From Spirochaetia bacterium (lineage in GTDB: Bacteria > Spirochaetota > Spirochaetia > WTKD01 > G963693115), in the NCBI GenBank assembly GCA_965226055.1, contig CBDDCA010000006.1, positions 32,001-96,000 on the forward strand: 64,000 nucleotides of DNA. The letters are read 5' to 3'. The stretch's first letter is position 1. Each line of letters begins with the position of its first letter. A model generated the notes under the pieces. It was not told where the DNA came from. It was given only the letters and a program-made list of their open reading frames with translations, and did not search any database. Positions 50,671 through 60,438 of the stretch are shown here, piece after piece. Both the position numbers and the translations under genes were made by a program.

Positions 50671-52278
50671 CTACTCTTCTTCAACTTGTATTTTTTCTTT
50701 TATTGTGCTTTCTATAAGAGCAATTTCATCTTCTGTCAATGCATCGATTGTATGCAATAAATTATCAGAATATTTTTCTACTAAATCATATAGATTTGAA
50801 AAACCAGCTTGCTTTAGCTTTTCTTCTATCGTTGCATCTAATTCCAATACTTCTATTGATAATTCATCAGCATTATAGTCATCATCACTCTGTGTAGCCT
50901 CTGACTCAGGAGCATAATTCGCTTGATTCTGGGTAGCATCATCTGTAGTATCCGTTGTAGCTTCTTTTGTAGTATTGCTAGCCAATGCTCCTGATTCATC
51001 TTCAACAAAATCTTCTAAACTCACTTTTACCATCTGTATATCTTCATTACTAAGCCCATATCTTTTGAGATCATCATCACTTTGTTTTAATAAATCTTCA
51101 ATAAATATAATATTATGGTCTTGGAGTTTACTTACAACAGTAGTATTAAGAGTAGTAAGTTCTGCTACCTTATCAATATCAACTTCTTCAGAATCAACTG
51201 TAGTGTCAGGAAGAATTTTTACAAAATCATCAGAGCTTTGCATTTCCTTAAACTGCTCTACAGTTTTTACATTAATTTGCCAATTAGTCAATCTATTAGC
51301 AAGGCGAATATTAAGCCCTAACTTTCCTATTGCAATAGAAAAATCTTCTTCATCCACCACTGCAATAGCAGTTCTTTTTGCATAATCTGTTATAATCACT
51401 TGTTTTACTTCTGCAGGAGAAAGAGAATGATAAATGTATTTCAAAGGTTCTGGATCATACTTTAATATGTCAACTCTTTCTCCATCTAACTCTAGGGTAA
51501 CATTGTTAATTCTCACCCCTTTTGCACCAATACAGGTCCCTACAGGATCAATTTCAGAATGGGTAGAGTGAACCGCAATTTTAGTACGATACCCTGGTTC
51601 ACGAACAATATTGATAATCTCAATACTTCTATCATATAGTTCAGGAACTTCAAGCTCAAATATCTTTTTTACAAAATCTTTATGACTTCGTGTTAAAACA
51701 ATATCAACCCGAGAACCACGATGTTTTACTTCATGAATCAACGCTTTAATACGTACCCCTGGTCCAAAAGAATCACGTGGAGATTGAAATTTTTTAGGCA
51801 ATATTCCTTCTGCTTTGCCTAAATCTACAATAACATTATTTTTTTGTTCACGAACATAATACCCTATCACTATTTCACCTTGCTTATTATTGTACTCAGA
51901 AAAAAGCGTATCTCCTTCAAAATTCTGTAATAGTACATGAGCTTTTTGGCTGGCAGCAAGAATTTCTGTTCTTGAAAACTCATCAGGCTTCACTTCTTCT
52001 AGTAACTGATCTCCGACAACACAATCAGGTTGCAATAATCTAGCGTCCTCTAATGATATCTCTCTTATCGTATCTTGAGGTTGCTCTACAATCAATTTCT
52101 TTGCATACAAAGTTACTTCTGACATTTCATCGTTAATATCTACCACAGCATGATCATCAGTACCAAACTTTTTTTTGAAAGCAGCTTTGAGAAAACTATC
52201 AATAACAACACGAATAAGATCATCCGTGAGACCACTATTTGTTTTTAATTCTTGTATGATACTTGCTAATTGTGACAT
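50671..52278 (-). CDS. nusA: transcription termination factor NusA
   Basis: S1 domain, REPGYRTKIAV, DPVGTCIG, AIGKLGLNIRLA; acidic C-terminal repeats. Confidence 0.95.
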   Translation of the reverse strand: MSQLASIIQELKTNSGLTDDLIRVVIDSFLKAAFKKKFGTDDHAVVDINDEMSEVTLYAKKLIVEQPQDTIREISLEDARLLQPDCVVGDQLLEEVKPDEFSRTEILAASQKAHVLLQNFEGDTLFSEYNNKQGEIVIGYYVREQKNNVIVDLGKAEGILPKKFQSPRDSFGPGVRIKALIHEVKHRGSRVDIVLTRSHKDFVKKIFELEVPELYDRSIEIINIVREPGYRTKIAVHSTHSEIDPVGTCIGAKGVRINNVTLELDGERVDILKYDPEPLKYIYHSLSPAEVKQVIITDYAKRTAIAVVDEEDFSIAIGKLGLNIRLANRLTNWQINVKTVEQFKEMQSSDDFVKILPDTTVDSEEVDIDKVAELTTLNTTVVSKLQDHNIIFIEDLLKQSDDDLKRYGLSNEDIQMVKVSLEDFVEDESGALASNTTKEATTDTTDDATQNQANYAPESEATQSDDDYNADELSIEVLELDATIEEKLKQAGFSNLYDLVEKYSDNLLHTIDALTEDEIALIESTIKEKIQVEEE

Positions 52279-52351
52279 AATTGTAACCTTTTCTTTAGAA
52301 ACACATTGTGTTTACTCCATTATATACAACATAGTAAAAGACTGTTAGTAC

Positions 52352-52425
52352 TGGGTAGTACTGGACTTGAACCAGCGACCTCTTGCATGTCAAGCAAGCA
52401 CTCTAACCAACTGAGCTAACCACCC
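52352..52425 (-). tRNA. tRNA-Val (GAC)
   Basis: Minus strand GGGTGGTTAGCTCAGTTGGTTAGAGTG-CTTGC-TTGACAT-GCAAG-AGGTCGCTGGTTCAAGTCCAGTACTACCCA; cloverleaf with anticodon GAC; CCA not encoded. Confidence 0.96.
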
Positions 52426-52433
52426 TTCTCCTT

Positions 52434-52910
52434 CTACATACTATGATATCCTATATAAAGTATTGTATCTGCATCTTTTTTTCCTAAAAATAACATGTTA
52501 ATAGTATTATATGGTATTATTTTCATTTTTTTTTCATTTAAGGAATATGTAAGCTCTTTCTCATTATCACGCAAATCATTATGCAACTTACATAGTATCA
52601 TTCCTGCAATATTAGTATACAGAAGATCGTAATCTATTTCATTTTTAATCTGCTTTAGTCCATAATACGCTGTATCCATAAATACTGAAAAAGATGTAGA
52701 AGCAAACCCAATATATACCTGTAACTCAACAGCCCCATGCTTTATAGTATAGAGATACCAATATACCCCCTTACTATTACATAGTATATCAGAACATTTA
52801 CCGCCTGTTACATTACTATAGGAAAGACCAAATACTTTTTTTATAAGCAATTCACTCGCAGAACATATGCTTGATTCAATGTTTAGCATTAGAACATTAT
52901 ACAACAACAT
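52434..52910 (-). CDS. hypothetical protein (weak CheX/CheC-like resemblance)
   Basis: 158-aa ORF downstream of flaA. Confidence 0.5.
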   Translation of the reverse strand: MLLYNVLMLNIESSICSASELLIKKVFGLSYSNVTGGKCSDILCNSKGVYWYLYTIKHGAVELQVYIGFASTSFSVFMDTAYYGLKQIKNEIDYDLLYTNIAGMILCKLHNDLRDNEKELTYSLNEKKMKIIPYNTINMLFLGKKDADTILYIGYHSM

Positions 52911-52911
52911 A

Positions 52912-52942
52912 AATAAAGCTGATACATGGTATCAGCTTTATT
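52912..52942 (-). terminator. stem-loop downstream of flaA
   Basis: 14-bp stem aataaagctgatac/gtatcagctttatt. Confidence 0.7.
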
Positions 52943-52969
52943 CTTATCTAATATAAATGTAAATGGTCC

Positions 52970-53974
52970 TTAATTTCCATTATCGACACTACTTGTATCA
53001 CTATTAGTCAAGTTATTAAGCGAGTAGTCCCATGCTTTTCTTTTTTCAAGAAAATCAAAATAGAGTTGCATATCTAATGCTTTAATCTGTGTAGATCTTT
53101 TTTCGTAGGTATTCTCGTTAATGATATTCCATATTTCTTCATTTTCTATATCATTGTCTATAGACGTCTCTGCTTGATCTACGATAACATTAATATCTCT
53201 AACATAGGTTACAAAATCAGGATTTTTATGATACGATGAATGTACTACTTTTACAGACTTTAAGACCAAGTCTGAAGAGTATTGTGGATATATTGGTAAA
53301 TTAATCCTTGTTGATGTATCTTTTATAAGATAGTCGGGATTTTCCCATACTAACTCTCTCCATCCAATAAAATTAAGTGCTCCAAAAGGATATTCATAGG
53401 TATTTCCATCAGAATCCTCTGTTACCACAAATATGTGCTCTTCTTGGCGTAAGCCATACACAGTTATAGTTGCTTTATATATATCTCCGACATTATCTAA
53501 ATACCCTATCCCTTTATATGGACCAAATGGATCAAATTCACGCTGACTTATTGTATTAAAAGGGGAATACGGAGGCTGAATTTCTATAGCCATCTCATAA
53601 TTGTAATCAGGAAAATAGGTACGCACCCCTAATACTTGCTCTCCTTGATATACCCCACCAGTTACATTTGCTGCTTTCACTTGACTTTTTTCAAGTACTT
53701 GTGGATACTGTAATGAGCTTTGTACCGATACTTTCCAATTTGAAATATTGTAACTTTGCTTGAGCTGGTCCGCTTCAGCACCTTCTAGCTGTATTCCAAG
53801 ACTGGCTCCATAATCATAAAATAAATCACGAGACGCAATTTCAGTAAAATCTATTAAGACTCGTTTTAAGCCTTCTTCATCTCCAGAAAGGCGAGGAAAC
53901 GAAGTTTCTACTTGAGCAAACGCTATTAATGGGTACAATATCAACAATAATACCAAAAAAGTTTTTCTAAACAT
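52970..53974 (-). CDS. flaA: flagellar filament outer-layer (sheath) protein FlaA
   Basis: Signal peptide; VLIDF, NWKV, VLGVRTYFP, GIGYLDNVGDI, VYGL, LNFIGWRELVWENPDY, characteristic of spirochete FlaA. Confidence 0.88.
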   Translation of the reverse strand: MFRKTFLVLLLILYPLIAFAQVETSFPRLSGDEEGLKRVLIDFTEIASRDLFYDYGASLGIQLEGAEADQLKQSYNISNWKVSVQSSLQYPQVLEKSQVKAANVTGGVYQGEQVLGVRTYFPDYNYEMAIEIQPPYSPFNTISQREFDPFGPYKGIGYLDNVGDIYKATITVYGLRQEEHIFVVTEDSDGNTYEYPFGALNFIGWRELVWENPDYLIKDTSTRINLPIYPQYSSDLVLKSVKVVHSSYHKNPDFVTYVRDINVIVDQAETSIDNDIENEEIWNIINENTYEKRSTQIKALDMQLYFDFLEKRKAWDYSLNNLTNSDTSSVDNGN

Positions 53975-54045
53975 AATTACATCCTCCTAACATGGAACAA
54001 TCCATATCTTACTATTTTTAGTTATTAGTTTACCTTATAGTATAA

Positions 54046-54074
54046 ATAATAATATTAAGTACCTTTTTTGTCAA
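54046..54074 (-). promoter_or_regulatory. sigma70-type promoter for flaA
   Basis: TTGACA-17 bp-TATTAT on the minus strand, overlapping the rarA 3' end. Confidence 0.65.
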
Positions 54075-55371
54075 GTGTAGACTTTTCTTTTTTTTCTTTT
54101 CGCAATTTTTCAAAATAATGCACTCTCTTACGAAGTTCACGTTCAAACCCTCTCTCAGCTGGATAAAAAAACTTTTTATCATCAATGGAGTCTGGAAAAT
54201 AATTTTGTCCTGAAAACATATCCTCTGTATCGTGATCATATACATAGCCTTTTGAGTATCCCCATTCCTTCATTTTAGCAGTAGGAGCATTTAAGATATG
54301 AAGAGGAGGCATTTGATGGCTATGCGTTTTAGCGTACTGTTGTGCCTGATTGTGAGCTACATAGCTCTTATTTGACTTAGGAGCAAGCGCAAGGTAGAGT
54401 ACCGCTTCAGAAAGACAGAGCTCTCCTTCTGGAGAGCCTAAACGCTCATAACTTTCCCATGCCTGCAACGCTACCGTAGTAGCTTGAGGATCACTTAGCC
54501 CTATATCTTCGTATGCTATCCGTAATAATCTACGAGCAATATATCGTGGATCTTCTCCTCCTGCAAGCATACGTGATAACCAATACAAAGCTGCATCACA
54601 ATGAGAACCTCGAATTGACTTATGTAAAGCACTTATGAGATTATAATGCTCATCACCTGTTTTACTATGATTTATTTGTTTACTGCTTACTATACGCTGT
54701 AACAGAGCAACAGAGATAGGGCTAGAATCTGCAAAGGAAATACATTGTTCAATACAATTTAATAAACGACGTGCATCGCCCTGTGCATACAACAGTATGT
54801 ATTCTTTCGCATCTTCATGAAAATGCAACGAAACATGGTAGTCATGAGAAATAAATGCTATGGCTTTTTCCAGAATGAGTGTAAGTGCTGTAGTATCTAA
54901 TGGCTGTAGTATAAACACTTGTAGTCGCGATAATAATGCATTATTTATCTCAAAGCTAGGGTTTTCAGTAGTTGCTGCAATAAGACATATATGCCCTAAC
55001 TCAACCTCCTGTAACAGAGCATCTTGTTGTGACTTAGAAAATCTATGTATTTCATCTATAAACAGACAAAACTGCTTGCCTTGTTCTCGTTGCTTTTTTG
55101 CATCAGAAAATATATTACGCAGATCAGCAACTCCCGTAAACACTGCAGAACGCGAAACAAACATTGCATTCACTGACTGAGCTAGTAGCTGTGCTATTGT
55201 AGTTTTTCCTGAACCAGGAGCTCCCCACAACAACAATGACGGAAGATATTGCTTTTGTAAATAGCTGCGTATTATTCCATCATCTCCTAAAAGGTGCGAT
55301 TGCCCTACTACATCATCTAATGTGGTAGGACGCATCTTCTCTGCTAAAGGCATATATGTATTGTTACTCAT
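54055..55371 (-). CDS. rarA: replication-associated recombination protein A (RarA/MgsA)
   Basis: PLAEKMRP, GAPGSGKTT, IDEIHRF, ATTENPSF, ISALHKSIRGS, EDIGL. Confidence 0.95.
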   Translation of the reverse strand: MSNNTYMPLAEKMRPTTLDDVVGQSHLLGDDGIIRSYLQKQYLPSLLLWGAPGSGKTTIAQLLAQSVNAMFVSRSAVFTGVADLRNIFSDAKKQREQGKQFCLFIDEIHRFSKSQQDALLQEVELGHICLIAATTENPSFEINNALLSRLQVFILQPLDTTALTLILEKAIAFISHDYHVSLHFHEDAKEYILLYAQGDARRLLNCIEQCISFADSSPISVALLQRIVSSKQINHSKTGDEHYNLISALHKSIRGSHCDAALYWLSRMLAGGEDPRYIARRLLRIAYEDIGLSDPQATTVALQAWESYERLGSPEGELCLSEAVLYLALAPKSNKSYVAHNQAQQYAKTHSHQMPPLHILNAPTAKMKEWGYSKGYVYDHDTEDMFSGQNYFPDSIDDKKFFYPAERGFERELRKRVHYFEKLRKEKKEKSTLDKKGT

Positions 55372-55447
55372 ACCATTACCCGTTATTATTGTTCATTGTA
55401 ACAAAACAAAAGTATATGCTCTATACTACGATGTACCCATAGCACTA

Positions 55448-55873
55448 CTAATTTACTTCTTGTTGAATAAATCTATCTAAAAGATTTTTTATCTCTTCTT
55501 TATTATTTGGCATATATTGTCTCTCAAAGGTAGAAAATACTTCAGATTCAATCATAGAGATATGGGGGATAATATATCTTCCTTTTACAGTTAATTTTAC
55601 ATAATTACAGCGATGATCTATTTCGTTCTTTTCAAAATGAATATATCCTATCTGCTCTAGCTTTTTTAGTAGTTGATGAATACTCACTTTATCAGTGATA
55701 AGTTTTTTTGCTAACTCATTTTGTGTAGGAAAAATTCCTTGTTTTTCAAATTCATCAAGAAGCTGAAGAATACTTGCCTGTGTACAGTTTACTCCTAAAG
55801 CATGAAGAGAATACAAATACAGTCGCTCAAGTATCTTAGAAGATTTACTCATGAGCCAAAAAATAGATTTCAT
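55448..55873 (-). CDS. MarR family transcriptional regulator
   Basis: TQNELA, LKKLEQIGYI, DHRCNYVKLTVKG. Confidence 0.85.
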   Translation of the reverse strand: MKSIFWLMSKSSKILERLYLYSLHALGVNCTQASILQLLDEFEKQGIFPTQNELAKKLITDKVSIHQLLKKLEQIGYIHFEKNEIDHRCNYVKLTVKGRYIIPHISMIESEVFSTFERQYMPNNKEEIKNLLDRFIQQEVN

Positions 55874-55936
55874 ATGTCTTATTGTATAGTATACACAAAA
55901 AACAAATAAATTACATGTGTATTTTATTGGAAATCA

Positions 55937-57013
55937 CGAGTTCAAGGATTAAATGCGACAAAGGAGCAAAAAAAGTAAGAAAAAATAAAAAAAGGAGACA
56001 CTCTATAATTGTATAAACGAAACAAATTAGGAGGTCTCCTTTATGAGTATACCAAAAAACTCATTTCGTCATCTGACAGACAAAGATCGTACTATTATCG
56101 CTACGCTCCGTCATGCAAAGTACAGTATCAATGCTATAGCCAAACGCCTCAGTGTCCATCGCAGCACTGTCTATCGTGAAATACAACGCAATGGAGGCAA
56201 ACATGTCTATAATGAAGTCATTGCTCACAGACAGGCAAGAAAACGATGGGATAAGAGCCATAAAAAACTCTCTATTCCTTCTCATACTATTCGTACCTAT
56301 ATCGTTTTTCACCTTATATTCGATGGCTGGTCGCCTGAACAAATAGCAGGAAGGCTCAGTATTGATATGCCTCAGTATACTATCAGTCATGAGACAATAT
56401 ATCACTTTATTTATCGTTTTGCTCCTCATTTGACACAGTATCTGCGAAAACAGCACCAAACACGCAAAAAAAGAAGAGTATCTCGTTCTTTTTCTGTTTC
56501 TCGTATCCCTCATCGTGTCTCAGTACACGAACGAGGCGATGTTTCTAATGAATATGGCCACTGGGAAGTAGATCTTGTTGGCTCTTCTTCAAAAGCTACT
56601 GTGCTTGCTTTAGTGGAAAAACATACCCGTTATGTTCTTTTTCATAAGATACCTGACAAAACTGCTCATACCGTACAGTATGGCATGCTCTTTGCTCTAA
56701 GGAACATACCACGCCATTTATGTAACAGTTTCACTTATGATAATGGGAGTGAATTTATGCTCCATACTGAAATAAATACACGCCTGAATGCTCGTTCTTA
56801 TTTTTGTACTCCTTACTGTGCTTGGGAAAAAGGATTAGTCGAACATTCTATTGGATTATTACGTCAGTACTTTCCTAAGAAGACTTTGTTTCATAGAGTC
56901 AAGCAAAGTGATATACTACAAGTACAAACGCTTATCAATCATAGACCACGAAAATGTCTTCATTTTTTGACCCCTGCTGAAGCCTTTTCTGTCGCATTTA
57001 GTCCTTGAATCCG
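55937..57013 (+). mobile_element. IS30 family insertion sequence
   Basis: 24-bp terminal inverted repeats (55937-55960; 56990-57013; 21/24 match), a 2-bp CA target duplication and an intact transposase. Confidence 0.92.
56043..57008 (+). CDS. IS30 family DDE transposase
   Basis: HRSTVYREIQRN, WSPEQIAGRL, ISHETIY, GHWEVD, TYDNGSEF, WEKGLVE, INHRPRKCL. Confidence 0.95.
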   Translation: MSIPKNSFRHLTDKDRTIIATLRHAKYSINAIAKRLSVHRSTVYREIQRNGGKHVYNEVIAHRQARKRWDKSHKKLSIPSHTIRTYIVFHLIFDGWSPEQIAGRLSIDMPQYTISHETIYHFIYRFAPHLTQYLRKQHQTRKKRRVSRSFSVSRIPHRVSVHERGDVSNEYGHWEVDLVGSSSKATVLALVEKHTRYVLFHKIPDKTAHTVQYGMLFALRNIPRHLCNSFTYDNGSEFMLHTEINTRLNARSYFCTPYCAWEKGLVEHSIGLLRQYFPKKTLFHRVKQSDILQVQTLINHRPRKCLHFLTPAEAFSVAFSP

Positions 57014-57039
57014 CAAATTATATATAATTTGATATTAAA

Positions 57040-57681
57040 TCAAATATCACTTGATCTTATCTTGTTCAATTTATCAAAATTATTAAAAAAATCATCATTA
57101 AAACATTGATATTTATCTTTCTCTGTGCCTTTCCCTTGATTTAGCACTACTCCATCATTGTTTATTCTAAGAGTCAATTTTTGATTATCTGTAATTTGAT
57201 ATGATGGTAATTCTATATTATCAAATTTATTCAATTCTGATATATGAAATATATAATAGTATGGTATTTTTACCCCCTTTTCATTTTCTGATACTGCAAT
57301 CCATACATAAAAAGTTCTATCATCCACATGATATTTTAAATTAGCATGAAAACTATAATTTCTAAAATTTTTGACTTTCTTAGCCATACCTTCAGATGTT
57401 TTTACTTGAAGAAATCTTTCAATAATTTTTAAATTTTTTCCCCTGCACTTATCACATAAATCTGTAATTGCTTTTCTTGTTTTACCCTCATACGGTTTTC
57501 TTCTTATGTATAAATTACTAAAATCTTCACATTTAGTACAATAGTATCTAGCTACTACAAAATCAATTTGTTCATCAATATAAGCACTATAGACCTGCCA
57601 TCCTCTTTGGTGCAATTCTATAGCAAAACTCATTTCTCCATATAAGCCAATAATTCTTTTTTTGTCTTTTTGTTCTGGCAT
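57040..57681 (-). CDS. putative type II restriction endonuclease (PD-(D/E)xK-like)
   Basis: G..GE helix, IDFVV...LQVKTS, with an inserted CxxC..CxxC. Overlaps the end of a DNA methyltransferase gene. Confidence 0.6.
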   Translation of the reverse strand: MPEQKDKKRIIGLYGEMSFAIELHQRGWQVYSAYIDEQIDFVVARYYCTKCEDFSNLYIRRKPYEGKTRKAITDLCDKCRGKNLKIIERFLQVKTSEGMAKKVKNFRNYSFHANLKYHVDDRTFYVWIAVSENEKGVKIPYYYIFHISELNKFDNIELPSYQITDNQKLTLRINNDGVVLNQGKGTEKDKYQCFNDDFFNNFDKLNKIRSSDI

Positions 57682-58892
57682 AAATATTCCTCTAGGTTAG
57701 ATATACCAATATGCTTATCTATATTGTTCTTTATAGAAGATTCAAACATACCTCTATTTAGTTCTATTCCTATACCTATTCTAGCCATTTTTTGTGCTTG
57801 TATCAAGCTAGTACAACTTCCAGCAAAAGGATCTAACACTTTATCTCCTATTCCAGTAAACATTTTTATAGCAAATTCTGGTATTTCAAAAGGAAATGGT
57901 GCTGTGTGTCCCAATACATTATCTCCTTTATTATTTATTTTAATTACTGGGTTAATTCTTACTATATCTCTTCTCCATTTTTTAACAAATTCTTTATCTA
58001 TATAATTCTCTTTCATTTTTAAGTCATTCATCATTACACTTCTTGCAGAAAACCTTTTTCCTCTATTTGCCTTACTCCTCTCAAAACAATCCAGATTTTT
58101 ACACTCCCAAGACTTTATTCCTACGCCTGCATACGCATTTCCATTTACTTTTAAGCACCCACACACAGGACATGGGTATCTTGTTTCATCTTGCTCATGC
58201 TTATAAAAAATCATTATATGTTCATAACAATTTAGAGGATATTGGTAAAAAGGATAGGGAGTATCTCCATTTTTATGTCTTTGAGACTCTACTTCTCCTT
58301 TGTCCCATATAAAATCATCTATAAACCTAAATCCACATTCTTCAAATATAGCTATAAAATATGCTCCTAGTGGTATTCTTCTTGCTCCCCATACTGATTT
58401 TGTATGCATATTATCATTGCCAGTTATATCTCCTACGTTAAATACCCACGCTTTATGATTATCTAACACTCTGTAGCTTTCTTTGATAATCTTTTTCATA
58501 TCTTGCAAATATTCTTCTAAGTTTTTCCATTGTGAGTAGTCTCTAGCATTATAATATGGCGGAGATGTTACCATTAAATCTATACTTTCTGAATCCATTT
58601 GTTTTAATACGCTCAAACAATCTCCCCATATCAGCTTTGCTTTTCGTCTATTTTTTGAAATAAGTTTATTTAATTCTTTATTTGAATTTTTATATTTTGC
58701 TTGTCTTATTTCTTTTTGAAATTGATAATATATATCACAAAACCCTTCTACTATTTCTTGTATTCCTTTATTCTTTAATTTCTCAATCTTTTTTAATAAT
58801 AATGTATATTCTTTTCTATTGAGAGATTTCATTAAATAGTCATTACTTTTTTCTAATATTGTATCTAAATAACTCATTTCTTTACTTCTCAT
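57630..58892 (-). CDS. beta-class N4-cytosine/N6-adenine DNA methyltransferase
   Basis: GDCL, VTSPPYY (motif IV) before HTAPFP and VLDPFAGS (motif I), GIELN. Confidence 0.92.
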   Translation of the reverse strand: MRSKEMSYLDTILEKSNDYLMKSLNRKEYTLLLKKIEKLKNKGIQEIVEGFCDIYYQFQKEIRQAKYKNSNKELNKLISKNRRKAKLIWGDCLSVLKQMDSESIDLMVTSPPYYNARDYSQWKNLEEYLQDMKKIIKESYRVLDNHKAWVFNVGDITGNDNMHTKSVWGARRIPLGAYFIAIFEECGFRFIDDFIWDKGEVESQRHKNGDTPYPFYQYPLNCYEHIMIFYKHEQDETRYPCPVCGCLKVNGNAYAGVGIKSWECKNLDCFERSKANRGKRFSARSVMMNDLKMKENYIDKEFVKKWRRDIVRINPVIKINNKGDNVLGHTAPFPFEIPEFAIKMFTGIGDKVLDPFAGSCTSLIQAQKMARIGIGIELNRGMFESSIKNNIDKHIGISNLEEYLCQNKKTKKELLAYMEK

Positions 58893-59160
58893 TCTCTAAA
58901 GCATCTATTATTTCTCGGTAAGCTATTATTTTTTTATTTGATGCTTCTATAAGCTCTCTAATTTTCTTCAATGGCTCTGATACCTCATTGAGTTTTTCGT
59001 ACAATTCAGTTAATCTTTTTTGTTCATACGCCATATCTTTATATGTTTGCTGTAATCTATCAAATTTTGCTTCTTTTTGTATAAGAACAGATTCTACAAG
59101 TTTATCAAAATTTATATTTTCAGGTACATTTTTTAAAGGTTCTACTATCTTATCAGCCAT
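58882..59160 (-). CDS. hypothetical coiled-coil protein
   Basis: 92-aa heptad-rich ORF overlapping the MTase start; RBS GAGG. Confidence 0.6.
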   Translation of the reverse strand: MADKIVEPLKNVPENINFDKLVESVLIQKEAKFDRLQQTYKDMAYEQKRLTELYEKLNEVSEPLKKIRELIEASNKKIIAYREIIDALENEK

Positions 59161-59309
59161 TATATTGCCTCTTTAATATAAAATATATTCTTATCTCCCA
59201 ATTCTATTATTTATTATACTATTCATAAAAACTATATTTCTATTACTACAGTATTACCTTCTGTTCCTCTATATCCTTTCTTTTTACAACTATAACTTAA
59301 AGATCCCGT

Positions 59310-59723
59310 CTATTCTACACTGCCATTTATAGCATTTTTTTCTTCAAAGCATTCTCTTACTTTCTTTGCTATACACCACGCTGTTTTTTGTGTTGTCCCT
59401 ACCTCTTGGGATAATCTCAATAATGATATACCTTTTTTATTATGCAACATAACATACATTACATAGAGCCATTGTTGTACAGAAACATTACTTTTTTGCA
59501 TAAATGTACCTGTTTTTACCGAAAATCTAACTTTACAATTATGGCATTTATAAGGTCTTTTTATATCTTTTCCGATATATACATTATTTGATTTACAATG
59601 TGGACAATAAGGCTTACTATTTCCCCATCGTATCTTTGCTATATAATTACATGCTTCTTTTTCATTAGATGCGAATTCAGTATAAAATACCTTTATACTT
59701 TTTATCTCCTCTAACTCTCTCAT
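59310..59723 (-). pseudogene. IS1595 family transposase, N-terminal fragment
   Basis: RW...CPHC..YKCHNC..FSVKTGT, KKGIS, TQKTAW. It stops at GSVE exactly where VEIDE should begin (gtagaatagac, one base short of GTA GAA ATA GAC). Confidence 0.85.
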
Positions 59724-59842
59724 GCTTATATAATAACATTATACGACACTTAATGTCAATAACAAACATACTCCTTAGTGTCAAATAATATATATCTGCA
59801 GTTAGGAAAAATTCATTAACAATGGAATAATAGCTATATTCT

Positions 59843-60430
59843 TCATGATTGATATGGAAACTGATGAGTGCTTAAAGACAATAATGTTTCTTTCCATACT
59901 TTTTGTGCAACTGAGACATCATCTAGCACAGTGGTAATAAGTGCAACTGCAAACTGAAATGCAGTACCTATCCCCCGACTTGTTATGATATTCCCATCTT
60001 TTACTACTGCTTGTTCTAAAAACACTGCGGTAGTATCCTGAACATCTTTTTCTCCTCCAGGATAACAAGTATAGCTTTTATTTTTTAGTAGGCCATATTT
60101 TCCCAGCACCCATGCTGGTGCAATACAAATAGCTGCAATAATACCATTATTTTGATTGTGTTTCTCTAATAGCAGAGATAATTGCTTGCTTTCACTAAGA
60201 TGCTTCGCTCCTTTGGCTCCTCCAGGCAGAAACAATATATCTTCATTATCAGGGTGTATAGATTCTATGTGAGAATCGCATAGAAATGTTCCTCCACTGT
60301 TTCCTTGCACTTTTTCTGCATATACAGCAACTCTTTTTACTTGTATCCCTGCTCTCATACAGAGATCCATAGGAATAGTTGCCTCTATTTCTTCAAAGCC
60401 ATCGGCTAAAAATGTATATACTGTTTTCAT
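59843..60430 (-). CDS. DJ-1/PfpI (YajL/ThiJ) family protein
   Basis: LADGFEEIEA, LPGG, AAICIAP, TCYPG, ITSRG.GTA. Confidence 0.92.
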   Translation of the reverse strand: MKTVYTFLADGFEEIEATIPMDLCMRAGIQVKRVAVYAEKVQGNSGGTFLCDSHIESIHPDNEDILFLPGGAKGAKHLSESKQLSLLLEKHNQNNGIIAAICIAPAWVLGKYGLLKNKSYTCYPGGEKDVQDTTAVFLEQAVVKDGNIITSRGIGTAFQFAVALITTVLDDVSVAQKVWKETLLSLSTHQFPYQS

Positions 60431-60438
60431 ATATCCTC

